From Candidatus Dormiibacterota bacterium (GTDB taxonomy: Bacteria; Chloroflexota; Dormibacteria; Aeolococcales; Aeolococcaceae): a stretch of 64,000 nt of DNA. This document shows positions 1 to 9,030 of the stretch, one piece after another. The position numbers and the translations under genes were made by a program. The notes under the pieces are model-generated. The model worked only from the letters and a program-made list of their open reading frames with translations, made no database searches and was not told the origin of the DNA. The stretch lies in NCBI GenBank assembly GCA_963718525.1, contig OY970355.1, forward strand, positions 3,272,190 to 3,336,189, read 5' to 3'. Numbering within the stretch: position 1 is the stretch's first letter; every line of letters begins with the position of its first letter.

Positions 1-1277
1 GGCGCGGCCTGGCGATCGCGCGCGACGAGCGCCAGGACACCGAGGACGCTGTCGACGTCGCCGAGCAAATGCTCCAGGGTGCGCTTGGTCTCCGCGCTGA
101 CCGCTCCGGCGTCGAGCACGCGATTGACGTCGCGCAGCCCGGAGAAGACGATGCCCATGCCTTCAGGCAGATTGAGGTCGTCGTCCATGGCCTCGTCGAA
201 ACCGATGCGCATCCCGCGCACCGAGGCCAGCACCGCCTCGTCGCGTGCGTTGCCGTCCTCCTCGACGGTTCGCAATCCCGCGACGCGGGTCTGGAAGTCG
301 ACAAGTCGCTGCACCGCCATGCTGCTGTCGGCGAGCAGCTCGTCCGAGTAGTCGAGCTGCTTGCGGTAGTGCGTGCGTGCCGCGAGCAGGTAGCGCAGTG
401 CGGCGGGACTTGCACCTTCATCGAGCACCTCGCGCACCGTTGCGAAGTTGCCGAGGCGCTTTGCCATCTTCTGACCGCCGACGTTGAGGTGCTGGCTGTG
501 GCACCAGATTCGCACGAAGCGTTTGCCCGTCGCGGCCTCCGACTGAGCGATCTCGTTCTCGTGGTGGGGAAAGATATTGTCGACGCCGCCACAGTGGATA
601 TCGAAGCTCTCCCCCAGCAGTGTCATGCTCATTGCCGAGCACTCGATGTGCCAGCCGGGGTGACCGCGTCCGATGCGTGTGTCCCAGCCGATCTCATCGG
701 GACCGACCGCCTTCCAGAGCGCGAAGTCACGCACGTCGTCCTTGGTGTAATCGTCGGCGTCGATCCGACCGCTGGCGCCGGCGACAAGGCCTTCGGCGTT
801 GAGGCCACTCAGCTTGCCGTAGGCGGGAAATGCGGCGATGCGGAAGTAGTAGCTGCCGTCAGCCCGATAGGCGGCTCCGGCGTTCTCGAGACGCTCGATC
901 AGGTCGACCATCTGGTCGATGTACTCGGTGGCGCGCGGATAGTGATGCGCCGGCCGGATGCCGAGCGTGTCGCGATCCTCCTCGAACGCCGTGATCCACG
1001 GTGCGGTCTCCTCCGCGAGTGCGTGGCCGTTCGCAACCGCGTTCTTGATGATCCGGTCGTCGACATCGGTGAGGTTCATGACGTGGGTGACCTTGTTCGC
1101 GAACCTCCGATCAAGCCAGCGACGCAGGACGTCCTCGAAGATGAAGGTCCGGAAATTGCCGATGTGGACTCGGTTCCACACCGTGGGGCCGCAGGTGTAC
1201 ATGCGCACGCGACCCGGCTCGATGGGCTCCACCGGGATGAGCTCACGACTCATCGTGTCGTGCAGCTGCAGCGTCAC
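1..1277 (-). CDS. cysS: Cysteine--tRNA ligase (3' end runs off the window)
   Basis: Manual translation from GTG 1277: [12 protein letters not shown]...[17 protein letters not shown] (HIGH-like), [35 protein letters not shown] (KMSKS-like). GTGA overlap with the ispF stop. Confidence 0.97.
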   Translation of the reverse strand, partial: MTLQLHDTMSRELIPVEPIEPGRVRMYTCGPTVWNRVHIGNFRTFIFEDVLRRWLDRRFANKVTHVMNLTDVDDRIIKNAVANGHALAEETAPWITAFEEDRDTLGIRPAHHYPRATEYIDQMVDLIERLENAGAAYRADGSYYFRIAAFPAYGKLSGLNAEGLVAGASGRIDADDYTKDDVRDFALWKAVGPDEIGWDTRIGRGHPGWHIECSAMSMTLLGESFDIHCGGVDNIFPHHENEIAQSEAATGKRFVRIWCHSQHLNVGGQKMAKRLGNFATVREVLDEGASPAALRYLLAARTHYRKQLDYSDELLADSSMAVQRLVDFQTRVAGLRTVEEDGNARDEAVLASVRGMRIGFDEAMDDDLNLPEGMGIVFSGLRDVNRVLDAGAVSAETKRTLEHLLGDVDSVLGVLALVARDRQAA

Positions 1278-1753
1278 TGCCGTTCCAGCAGCACCGTCGC
1301 CGATGCGGCGATCCCTTCGCTCCGGCCGGAGAAGCCCATGCCGTCGGTGGTCGTGGCGCCGACTGCGATCGTTCCCGGCTCGAGGCCGAGTGCCTTCGAC
1401 ATCGCGTCGGACATCGGGCCGAGATGTGCCGCGAGCCGCGGCTCTTCGGCGATCGCGATCACGTGGGCGCTTGCGATCGACCACCCTGCCTCGCGCAGCT
1501 TGTCCGCGACGATCTTCAGGAACTCGCACCCTGAGGTGTCCTTCCATCGCGGATCGCCCGAGGGGAAGTGCCGTCCCATGTCGCCGAGCCCGGACGCGCC
1601 GAGAATGGCATCGACGAGCGCATGCACCACCGCGTCCCCATCCGAGTGGCCGAGCAGGCCGCGACTGTACGGCACGAGGACGCCGCCGAGCATCAGCGGC
1701 CGACCGGGGATGAACCGGTGCGCGTCGATGCCATGACCGATTCGTGGAGTCAT
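1274..1753 (-). CDS. ispF: 2-C-methyl-D-erythritol 2,4-cyclodiphosphate synthase
   Basis: RIGHGIDAHRF, GHSDGDAVVHA, LGDMGRHF, ATTTDGMGFSGRSEGIAA motifs. Confidence 0.96.
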   Translation of the reverse strand: MTPRIGHGIDAHRFIPGRPLMLGGVLVPYSRGLLGHSDGDAVVHALVDAILGASGLGDMGRHFPSGDPRWKDTSGCEFLKIVADKLREAGWSIASAHVIAIAEEPRLAAHLGPMSDAMSKALGLEPGTIAVGATTTDGMGFSGRSEGIAASATVLLERQ

Positions 1754-2421
1754 CGGACCTCCTCGAGCAATGCGCGGAGCAGGACGAGGTCCTGCGGAAA
1801 CGTGATCTTGAAGTTGCGCGGGTCGCCGGGCACCACCGTCACCGGCTCGCCGATGGCCTCCACCAGCTCGGCATCATCGCCGGCGCTGATGCCCATCGCG
1901 GCCGCATTGCGATGGGCACGGTGGAGGATATCCGCGCCGAATGACTGGGGTGTTTGCGTCGCGATGATCGACGATCGATCGAGGGTTGCCGTGACGCGAC
2001 TGTCCTGGACCTGCTTCACAGTGTCCACGCAGGGTACCCCTGCGGTCGCCGCACCATCCGAGCGGGCTGCATCGAGGACCGAGCGGAAGAGTCCGGGCGG
2101 AGTGAGCGGGCGGGCCGCGTCGTGGACCGAGATCCATGCATGGTCACCGCAGCGATCGATCGCCGCGGCGACCGTGTCCTGGCGGCGCTCACCTCCTTCG
2201 AGGAGCACGACGCCAGGCAGCTCGTGCTTGACGGCGATGCTCCGGATCGCGTCCCACCGATCGCCGGGTGCAGCGATGACGACGAGGTCGAAGCAACCCG
2301 CTGCTGCGATGGACTCGAGCGTGACTGCGATCACCGGGCGGCCGCTCACGAGTGCCCAGAGCTTGTCCTCCCCAGTGCGCACTCCCCGTCCGAAGGCGGG
2401 GACGATGAGCGCGCTGCTCAG
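1750..2421 (-). CDS. ispD: 2-C-methyl-D-erythritol 4-phosphate cytidylyltransferase (probable CTG start)
   Basis: GGERRQDTV, VHDAARP, QTPQSF, NFKITFPQDL motifs. The N-terminal loop (ALIVPAFGRGVR) lies upstream of the tracked start and the frame extends to CTG 2421, which overlaps the upstream TGA. Confidence 0.9.
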   Translation of the reverse strand: MSSALIVPAFGRGVRTGEDKLWALVSGRPVIAVTLESIAAAGCFDLVVIAAPGDRWDAIRSIAVKHELPGVVLLEGGERRQDTVAAAIDRCGDHAWISVHDAARPLTPPGLFRSVLDAARSDGAATAGVPCVDTVKQVQDSRVTATLDRSSIIATQTPQSFGADILHRAHRNAAAMGISAGDDAELVEAIGEPVTVVPGDPRNFKITFPQDLVLLRALLEEVR

Positions 2422-3572
2422 CGCTGCGCAACCTTGGCGCGAACCGGCCGGAGCACGCGTGGCTTGGTCGATTCATCGGCGGCGAGCGTCGCGAAGATCA
2501 TGCGGCCCGCGGTGGTCTGGAGCACCGTGGTGACGGTGACGGTGACGGTCTCGTCCACATGGCTGCTGCCGTTCTCCACGACCACCATGGTGCCGTCCTC
2601 GAAGTACCCCACGCCCTGATGGGGCTCCTTACCCTCTTTGACGACCGTGATCGCTATGCTCTCGCCGGCGCCCACGATCGGCTTGACCGCGTTGGCGAGG
2701 TCGTTGAGGTTGAGCACCCGGACGCCCTCGATCTGGGCGAGCCGGTTCAGGTTGTAGTCCTGGGTCATCAGCGCGGCGCCCCTGGCACGGGCCAGCTTGA
2801 CGAGGCGGGCATCCACGTCGGGCGTGCCGGGAAAGTCAAGATCGACGAGCTCGCACACCACGTCCTCCGCCTTCTGCAGCGCGTCGACGACCCCGAGCCC
2901 GCGGCGGCCCTTCTGGCGGCGGAACGGGTCGGCCGAATCCGCGACACGCTGCAGCTCCTCGAGCACGAATCCAGGGATGAGCAGGCGGCCGGGGACAAAG
3001 CCGGCGGCGGCGACGTCGACGATACGACCGTCGATGAGCACGCTGGTGTCGACGATGACCGGCTGACCGTCGAGCGGGCCGGGACCGCCCTCGTCGATGT
3101 CAACAGGGGCGCCGCGACCGAAGACGAGCCCGAGCGCGTCGCGACGACGGCTGCCGGTGCGCACTCCGACGTAGACGAGCACCGTCGCCAGGCCAATCGA
3201 CACGATCACACCGAGGCCGTACGGAAGGGGGTTGAGCAGGACAGCGACCATGGTCGCGATCAGCAACGCGGCGATGAGGCCGATGAGGGCGCCGACGATC
3301 TGGCTGGCTGGTGCCTCATCCAGGGTGCGCTCCAGCCAGAGATAGGGCTCGACTGTGATGAGCGGCCCGGCGAGCGCCATGGATGCAGCCCCGGCGGCCC
3401 CCGCCGCGAGGAGCGCCGCCCCGGCGATCGTGGTGTTCTCGTTGAGCACGCCCGGATTCCCGGAGAGGATGAACACGCCGTAGAGCACGCCGAAGACGAA
3501 CCCCACTCCGGCGCCGATGATGCGCGAGAGATTTCGGGCCCGACGGATCGTCCGATCGGCATGCTGGTGCAT
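2418..3572 (-). CDS. Membrane PIN/TRAM-domain protein (YacL-like)
   Basis: N-terminal TM helices, PIN motif VDTSVLIDGRI, TQDYNL, TRAM region GKEPHQGVGYFEDGTMVVVE; conserved position between radA and ispD. Confidence 0.92.
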   Translation of the reverse strand: MHQHADRTIRRARNLSRIIGAGVGFVFGVLYGVFILSGNPGVLNENTTIAGAALLAAGAAGAASMALAGPLITVEPYLWLERTLDEAPASQIVGALIGLIAALLIATMVAVLLNPLPYGLGVIVSIGLATVLVYVGVRTGSRRRDALGLVFGRGAPVDIDEGGPGPLDGQPVIVDTSVLIDGRIVDVAAAGFVPGRLLIPGFVLEELQRVADSADPFRRQKGRRGLGVVDALQKAEDVVCELVDLDFPGTPDVDARLVKLARARGAALMTQDYNLNRLAQIEGVRVLNLNDLANAVKPIVGAGESIAITVVKEGKEPHQGVGYFEDGTMVVVENGSSHVDETVTVTVTTVLQTTAGRMIFATLAADESTKPRVLRPVRAKVAQR

Positions 3573-3625
3573 CTCAGCGATTGAACCACACGATCTTCAC
3601 GCCGAATGGCGGCGCGACACGACGG

Positions 3626-4993
3626 TCACCCGAGTAGTGCAACCGCCTCGGTCAAGGTGGCGACCCGGTGGCAGCGGAGGGTCCCGGGAACCGCTCCGCG
3701 GTAGCTTTCCGGAACGATCACCGCCTCCATCCCGACAGCGACCGCCTCGGCAAGGCGGACCTCGGTCCGGGACACGCGCCGGACCTCGCCGCCGAGACCA
3801 AGCTCACCGATGACCGCGCAGTGGCGGGAGACGGCCTTGTTGCGCGTCGACCCGGCGATCGCCAGGGCCACGGCGAGGTCGGTCCCAGGGTCCGCGAGCC
3901 GGATGCCGCCGGCGACGTTGACGAAGACGTCGAGCTTCCGAACTGCGATCCCGGCGCGCTTCCCGAGGATGGCGAGCATGAGATGGAGGCGGTTGAGATC
4001 GAATCCGGACGCTGTCCGCCTGGGGAACTCGAATGGCGAGGCCACAGCCAGTGCCTGCACCTCCACGGCCATCGGCCTGAGCCCGTCACACGTGATCGTG
4101 AGCACGCTGCCAGACGCGCCGAGCGACGCAGCGTCGAGCATGCCCCGGCTGGGTGCCGCGACATCGCGCATGCCGTCGTGCTCCATCGTGAGAAGACCCA
4201 CCTCGCCGGTCGCGCCGAAGCGGTTCTTGATGCCTCGGAGCATCCGGTGCTCACCGAGCCGCTCCCCCTCGAGATACAGCACGACGTCGACCATGTGCTC
4301 GAGCGTGCGTGGTCCGGCGATCGCGCCCTCCTTGGTGACGTGCCCGACAAGGAGCACCGGGACGCCGGTTGCCTTGGCCACCTCGCTCATACGAAGCACC
4401 GCGGCACGAACCTGCGAGACGCTTCCTGGTGGTCCGGGAGCCCCGGCATCTCGCAGTGTCTGCACGGAGTCGACCACCGCGAGCGATGGGCGTTCCGCCT
4501 CGATCGTGGCGACCACTGTGTCGACGTCGGACTCGACGAGCAGGCGAACCCCGGCACCGGTGCAGCTAAGCCGCCGAGCTCGCAGGGCAAGCTGCTCAAG
4601 CAACTCCTCACCGGTGCAGTAGAGCGCCGGTGACACCACGTCGCCGCAGCCGTGCGACAGCTGCAGCGCGATGGTGGACTTCCCGATGCCAGGGTCACCA
4701 CCGAGCAGCACGACGCTGCCGGGAACGATCCCCCCTCCCAGGACGCGGTCGACTTCCAACGAGCCGGTGGGCTGAACGCGGGCTGGCGCGGCCATGACGG
4801 TGTCCATTGATGTTGTGGTGGCGGCGGTACTGGTGGCTGCCGGCCTGCGGGCGCCGGGGCGAGCCATGTCCTCGATCAGGCTGTTCCAGGCTTCACACGC
4901 GGGGCAGCGGCCTTGCCACTTCGGCGCCTCCGTGCCGCACTCAGCGCAGATGTAGTGAATGCGAGGGATGGCGCGCTGCAACTCGGTGACCAT
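3626..4993 (-). CDS. radA: DNA repair protein RadA/Sms
   Basis: C4 zinc finger (CAECG...CPAC), Walker A GGDPGIGKST, KNRFG motif, Lon-like C-terminus. Confidence 0.96.
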   Translation of the reverse strand: MVTELQRAIPRIHYICAECGTEAPKWQGRCPACEAWNSLIEDMARPGARRPAATSTAATTTSMDTVMAAPARVQPTGSLEVDRVLGGGIVPGSVVLLGGDPGIGKSTIALQLSHGCGDVVSPALYCTGEELLEQLALRARRLSCTGAGVRLLVESDVDTVVATIEAERPSLAVVDSVQTLRDAGAPGPPGSVSQVRAAVLRMSEVAKATGVPVLLVGHVTKEGAIAGPRTLEHMVDVVLYLEGERLGEHRMLRGIKNRFGATGEVGLLTMEHDGMRDVAAPSRGMLDAASLGASGSVLTITCDGLRPMAVEVQALAVASPFEFPRRTASGFDLNRLHLMLAILGKRAGIAVRKLDVFVNVAGGIRLADPGTDLAVALAIAGSTRNKAVSRHCAVIGELGLGGEVRRVSRTEVRLAEAVAVGMEAVIVPESYRGAVPGTLRCHRVATLTEAVALLG

Positions 4994-5009
4994 GGGCGAC
5001 GAATCCTAG

Positions 5010-5023
5010 CGAACAGATGTACG
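5010..5023. promoter_or_regulatory. LexA/SOS box upstream of radA
   Basis: CGAACAGATGTACG, one mismatch from the Gram-positive consensus CGAAC-N4-GTTCG, next to -10-like TAGGAT (5003-5008, minus strand). Confidence 0.7.
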
Positions 5024-5089
5024 ATCGGTCAAGGGGGGCGATGCATGGGGTTGCAGGCCCGGCGATGTAGAGCGAGGTCGGACCGCCAC

Positions 5090-7123
5090 TTACCTCGAGT
5101 GGACCGACCGCCCCCTGCCTCGGTGGGTCTGCGCGGGCTCCGGTTCCTCCTTGCCCTCCATACGACGCCGGAGCTCCACGAGCCGATCGCGCAGCTCCGC
5201 GGCGCGCTCGAACTCGAGGTCGCGCGCAGCACGCAGCATCTCCTTCTCCACGTCCTTCGCCAGCCGCAGCACCTCGTCGGGAGGCAACCCGGCCGCCTCC
5301 TGGAATGCCGCGGCGCGGAGCGACTGCTGGTCGCGGTGGGACTCCATCTGATACACGGCCTTGACGATCGACAGCGGGGTGATGTCGTGCTCGACGTTGT
5401 ATGCGACCTGGATCGCGCGGCGCCGGTCAGTCTCCGCAATCGCCTTCTCCATCGCATCGGACATTCGATCGGCATACATCACCACGTGCCCGAACACGTT
5501 GCGTGCCGCTCGCCCGGTGGTCTGGATCAGCGACCGATATCCGCGCAGATACCCCTCCTTGTCGGCGTCGAGGATCCCGATGAACGAGACCTCGGGCAGG
5601 TCGAGGCCTTCGCGTAGCAGGTTGATCCCCACCAGCACGTCGAAGACGCCGAGGCGCAGATCTCGAATGATCTCGACGCGCTCCAGGGTGTCGATATCGC
5701 TGTGCAGGTATCGCACTTTGATGCCGGCCTCGCGCAGATAGTCGGTGAGGTCCTCGGCCATCTTCTTGGTCAGCGTCGTGATCAGGCAGCGCTCGTGACG
5801 CTCGATGCGACGTCGCATCTGGGCGATGAGATCGTCGATCTGCCCGTGCAACTCCTTCACCTCGATGGTGGGATCGACCAGGCCGGTCGGGCGGATGATC
5901 TGCTCCACCACCTGGGTGGCCTTGGTCTCCTCGTAGGGGCCGGGTGTCGCACTGACATAGATGATCTGACCGATCATCGAGTCCCATTCTGAAAACGTCA
6001 GAGGTCGGTTGTCGAGTGCCGAAGGCAGCCGAAAACCATATTCCACCAATGGAATCTTGCGGGCGCGGTCCCCCTTGTTCATGCCGTCGATCTGGGGCAC
6101 CGCGACATGCAACTCGTCGACGATCAGGAGCGCATCGTCCGGCAGGAAATCGAGCAGGCAGTGCGGGCGCTGGCCTTCGGAGCGATTGCTCAGATGGCGC
6201 GAGTAGTTCTCGATACCAGCGCACGTCCCGGTCTCTCGCATCATCTCCATGTCGAAGTTGGTGCGCTGGCGGAGCCGCTGGGCCTCGAGAAGGCGTCCAC
6301 GGGTTTCGAGCAGCTTCACCCGGTCCTCGAGCTCCGCTTCGATGGAGACGAGTGCGCGATTCATCTGCTCCTGCGGAGTCACGTAGTGCGTCGCAGGAAA
6401 GACAGTGAGCTCGTCACGCATCGTGAGGATCTCTCCCGTGAGCGCGTCGAAGTCCTTGATCAACTCGATGGTGTCACCCATGAATTCAATCCGGGTGGCG
6501 ATCTCCTCATACGCGGGCTGGACGTCGACGACGTCGCCGCGCACCCGAAAACGCGTGCGCCCGAAGTCCAGGTCATTGCGCGCGTACTGCAAATCCGACA
6601 GCTTGCGCAGCAGGATGTCACGGCGCCACGAATCGCCGCGCTTGACCGTGATCAACTCGCCGAGGTAGTTCTCCGGCGACCCAATGCCGTAGATGCAGGA
6701 GATGGACGCAACCACCACGACATCGCGGCGGGTCAGCAGGGCGCGGGTCGCGCTGTTGCGCAACCGGTCGATCTCGTCATTGCGCGACGAGTCCTTCTCG
6801 ATGTACGTATCGGTGCGCGGGATGTACGCCTCGGGCTGGTAGAAGTCGTAATACGACACGAAGTACTCGACGGCATTCTTCGGGAAGAACTCGCGGAATT
6901 CAGCCCAGAGCTGCGCGGCGAGCGTCTTGTTCGGTGAGAGCACCAGCGTCGGACGCTGCTGCTCGGCAATGACGTTGGCGATGGTGAACGTCTTGCCGGA
7001 CCCGGTCACCCCAAGGAGGATCTGCTCACGCTGACCCTCGTTCAGCCCGCGACTGAGCGCCTTGATCGCCGCCGGCTGGTCACCGGCAGGTTGAAAGGGC
7101 GCAAGCAACTCGAGAGCGGGCAC
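5090..7123 (-). CDS. uvrB: Excinuclease ABC subunit B
   Basis: [38 protein letters not shown]-terminal UVR domain FERAAELRD. Confidence 0.97.
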   Translation of the reverse strand: MPALELLAPFQPAGDQPAAIKALSRGLNEGQREQILLGVTGSGKTFTIANVIAEQQRPTLVLSPNKTLAAQLWAEFREFFPKNAVEYFVSYYDFYQPEAYIPRTDTYIEKDSSRNDEIDRLRNSATRALLTRRDVVVVASISCIYGIGSPENYLGELITVKRGDSWRRDILLRKLSDLQYARNDLDFGRTRFRVRGDVVDVQPAYEEIATRIEFMGDTIELIKDFDALTGEILTMRDELTVFPATHYVTPQEQMNRALVSIEAELEDRVKLLETRGRLLEAQRLRQRTNFDMEMMRETGTCAGIENYSRHLSNRSEGQRPHCLLDFLPDDALLIVDELHVAVPQIDGMNKGDRARKIPLVEYGFRLPSALDNRPLTFSEWDSMIGQIIYVSATPGPYEETKATQVVEQIIRPTGLVDPTIEVKELHGQIDDLIAQMRRRIERHERCLITTLTKKMAEDLTDYLREAGIKVRYLHSDIDTLERVEIIRDLRLGVFDVLVGINLLREGLDLPEVSFIGILDADKEGYLRGYRSLIQTTGRAARNVFGHVVMYADRMSDAMEKAIAETDRRRAIQVAYNVEHDITPLSIVKAVYQMESHRDQQSLRAAAFQEAAGLPPDEVLRLAKDVEKEMLRAARDLEFERAAELRDRLVELRRRMEGKEEPEPAQTHRGRGRSVHSR

Positions 7124-7164
7124 CCTTCGAGTCTAGTCGCTGTGCAAGTCCCGCCGAATTTGCC

Positions 7165-8208
7165 TCACATCACCGCCGCGTAGATTTCCTCGAGGCGCTT
7201 GCCGATCGCGTCCCAGGAGTGCTCGGCGAGCACCACCTCGCGCCCCCGAGCCCCCGCTTCCGCACGCCGTGCGGGGTCGCCGAGCCACGCCACTGCCGCG
7301 GCGCGCAGGGCGGCCAGGTCGCCGGCTGGCACAAGCGCCCCGCCGACGCCGACCGCGTCGCGCAACCCATCGACGTCAAACCCCACCACGGGGGTCCCGG
7401 CTGCCTGCGCCTCGAGCGCCACCATGCCCAGCCCCTCGAACCGCGAGGGCATCAGCACGATCGCCGCCCGTGCGTATTCACGGTTCAGCGATTCGCGGTC
7501 GAGCGCGCCCAGGTATTCGATGCGCCCGCCGCTCGACTGCGCCGCCCGCCGCACCTCGGTCTCGAGACTGCCTCCGCCAACGAGGACACCCTGCACCCGC
7601 GGATCCTCCCGGGTGAGCATCTCCAGGACGGAGATCGCGTCGAGCGCACCCTTCTCGCGCTCCATGCGACTGACGAAGAGAACGCGCCCGTCCTCGTGCG
7701 CGACACCCGGCAGGTCCACGCGGTCGACACCGTTCGACAGCACCTCGATGCGCGAGGCGGGGATGCCCATCTCCAGCAGCGCATTCGCGGTGGAACGCGA
7801 GACCGGGAGCACCATCGCCGCGCCTCGGTACGAGCGCGCCTCGACGCTGTTGAGGAGCCGCTTCACCGACCCGCGTCCGTGTGCCTGCCGGTAGGTGTGA
7901 TGCGCCGTGTAGACGAGCGGGGCGCCGAGCCGTTTCCAGAGCAGGACGCCGCCGGGGCCGCCTTGCGCGTGGATCACGTCGGGTGACGCGCGCAGCAGGA
8001 CCTGGGGATATCGATTGAGCTGCAGCGAGAAATCGAGCGGCGCCCGTCCGGTGCGGCGCGCGAACGCGATCGCGTGTTCGCCGCGGCCCGAGACGGTGTG
8101 CACGCGCAGACCGCGCCGCTCCAGCGCCGCCCGCATCCCGTGGACCACGACGCCCTGGCCACCGAGCGGTGGATCGTCGTCGTAGCTTGCAATCGTCACT
8201 CGGGTCAT
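7165..8208 (-). CDS. Glycosyltransferase family 4 (GT-B)
   Basis: PSRFEGLGMVALEAQAAGTPVV (E-x7-E motif); ATGA overlap with the mutM stop. Confidence 0.9.
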   Translation of the reverse strand: MTRVTIASYDDDPPLGGQGVVVHGMRAALERRGLRVHTVSGRGEHAIAFARRTGRAPLDFSLQLNRYPQVLLRASPDVIHAQGGPGGVLLWKRLGAPLVYTAHHTYRQAHGRGSVKRLLNSVEARSYRGAAMVLPVSRSTANALLEMGIPASRIEVLSNGVDRVDLPGVAHEDGRVLFVSRMEREKGALDAISVLEMLTREDPRVQGVLVGGGSLETEVRRAAQSSGGRIEYLGALDRESLNREYARAAIVLMPSRFEGLGMVALEAQAAGTPVVGFDVDGLRDAVGVGGALVPAGDLAALRAAAVAWLGDPARRAEAGARGREVVLAEHSWDAIGKRLEEIYAAVM

Positions 8209-9029
8209 CGCTGGCAGCTCGGGCAGTACACCGTGGTGCGACCGGCGGTGACGGTGCGGCGCAGGGTCGTACCGCACACGAAACAGGGCAGGCCACCGCG
8301 TCCATACACCTGGAGGCGCTCCTGATTGCTCCCGCGCGCATTCCACACGTCGCGGTAGTCGTCGACGCTGCTGCCGCGGTTGGCCACAGCTGCAGTGAGC
8401 ACGCGCGGGATTGCGTCGAGCAGGGCTGCTCGTTCACGCCGTGTGAGGCGATGACACCGCCGGGTTGGACGGACGCCCGCGAGGAAACACGCTTCGTCGA
8501 TGTAGATGTTGCCGAGGCCCGCCACGCCTTTCTGATCGAGCAGCGCGGCCTTGACCGTCCGGGTGGTGTTGCGAAGTACAGCGTCAAGTTGCGCCTGCGA
8601 AAACGTGTCCGAAAGGGGTTCCACACCCAGTCGAGGCAGGACCCCGGCTGTCGTCAAGGCTTCGCGCGAACCGTAGGCCACGCGGCCGAAGCGTCGCGCG
8701 TCGTCGAAACGGAGCTCGTTGCCGTCGTCCAACTCGGCGCGGATATGCGTGTGCTTGGCTACCGGGGCATCCGCGTCGCAGACCAGCAGGTGCCCTGTCA
8801 TGCCGAGATGCACCATCAGCTCGTCGCCGGAATCCAGTTCCAGCAGCAGGTACTTGCCGCGGCGATCCACGTTCTCGAAATGCTGCCCCGCGAGCAGCGC
8901 CGGGAGCATCCGTCCATCGGGGTAACGGACGATGTCGGGGCGGTCGACGGTCACCTGCTCGATGCGCCGGCCCCTGAGCACACCGCGAAGGTCACCTGCG
9001 ACCGTCTCCACCTCCGGGAGCTCGGGCAC
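8205..9029 (-). CDS. mutM: Formamidopyrimidine-DNA glycosylase
   Basis: N-terminal PELPEVE, RRGKYL, HLGMTG, GLGNIY, C-terminal zinc finger CFVC...CPSCQ. Confidence 0.97.
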   Translation of the reverse strand: MPELPEVETVAGDLRGVLRGRRIEQVTVDRPDIVRYPDGRMLPALLAGQHFENVDRRGKYLLLELDSGDELMVHLGMTGHLLVCDADAPVAKHTHIRAELDDGNELRFDDARRFGRVAYGSREALTTAGVLPRLGVEPLSDTFSQAQLDAVLRNTTRTVKAALLDQKGVAGLGNIYIDEACFLAGVRPTRRCHRLTRRERAALLDAIPRVLTAAVANRGSSVDDYRDVWNARGSNQERLQVYGRGGLPCFVCGTTLRRTVTAGRTTVYCPSCQR

Positions 9030-9030
9030 T

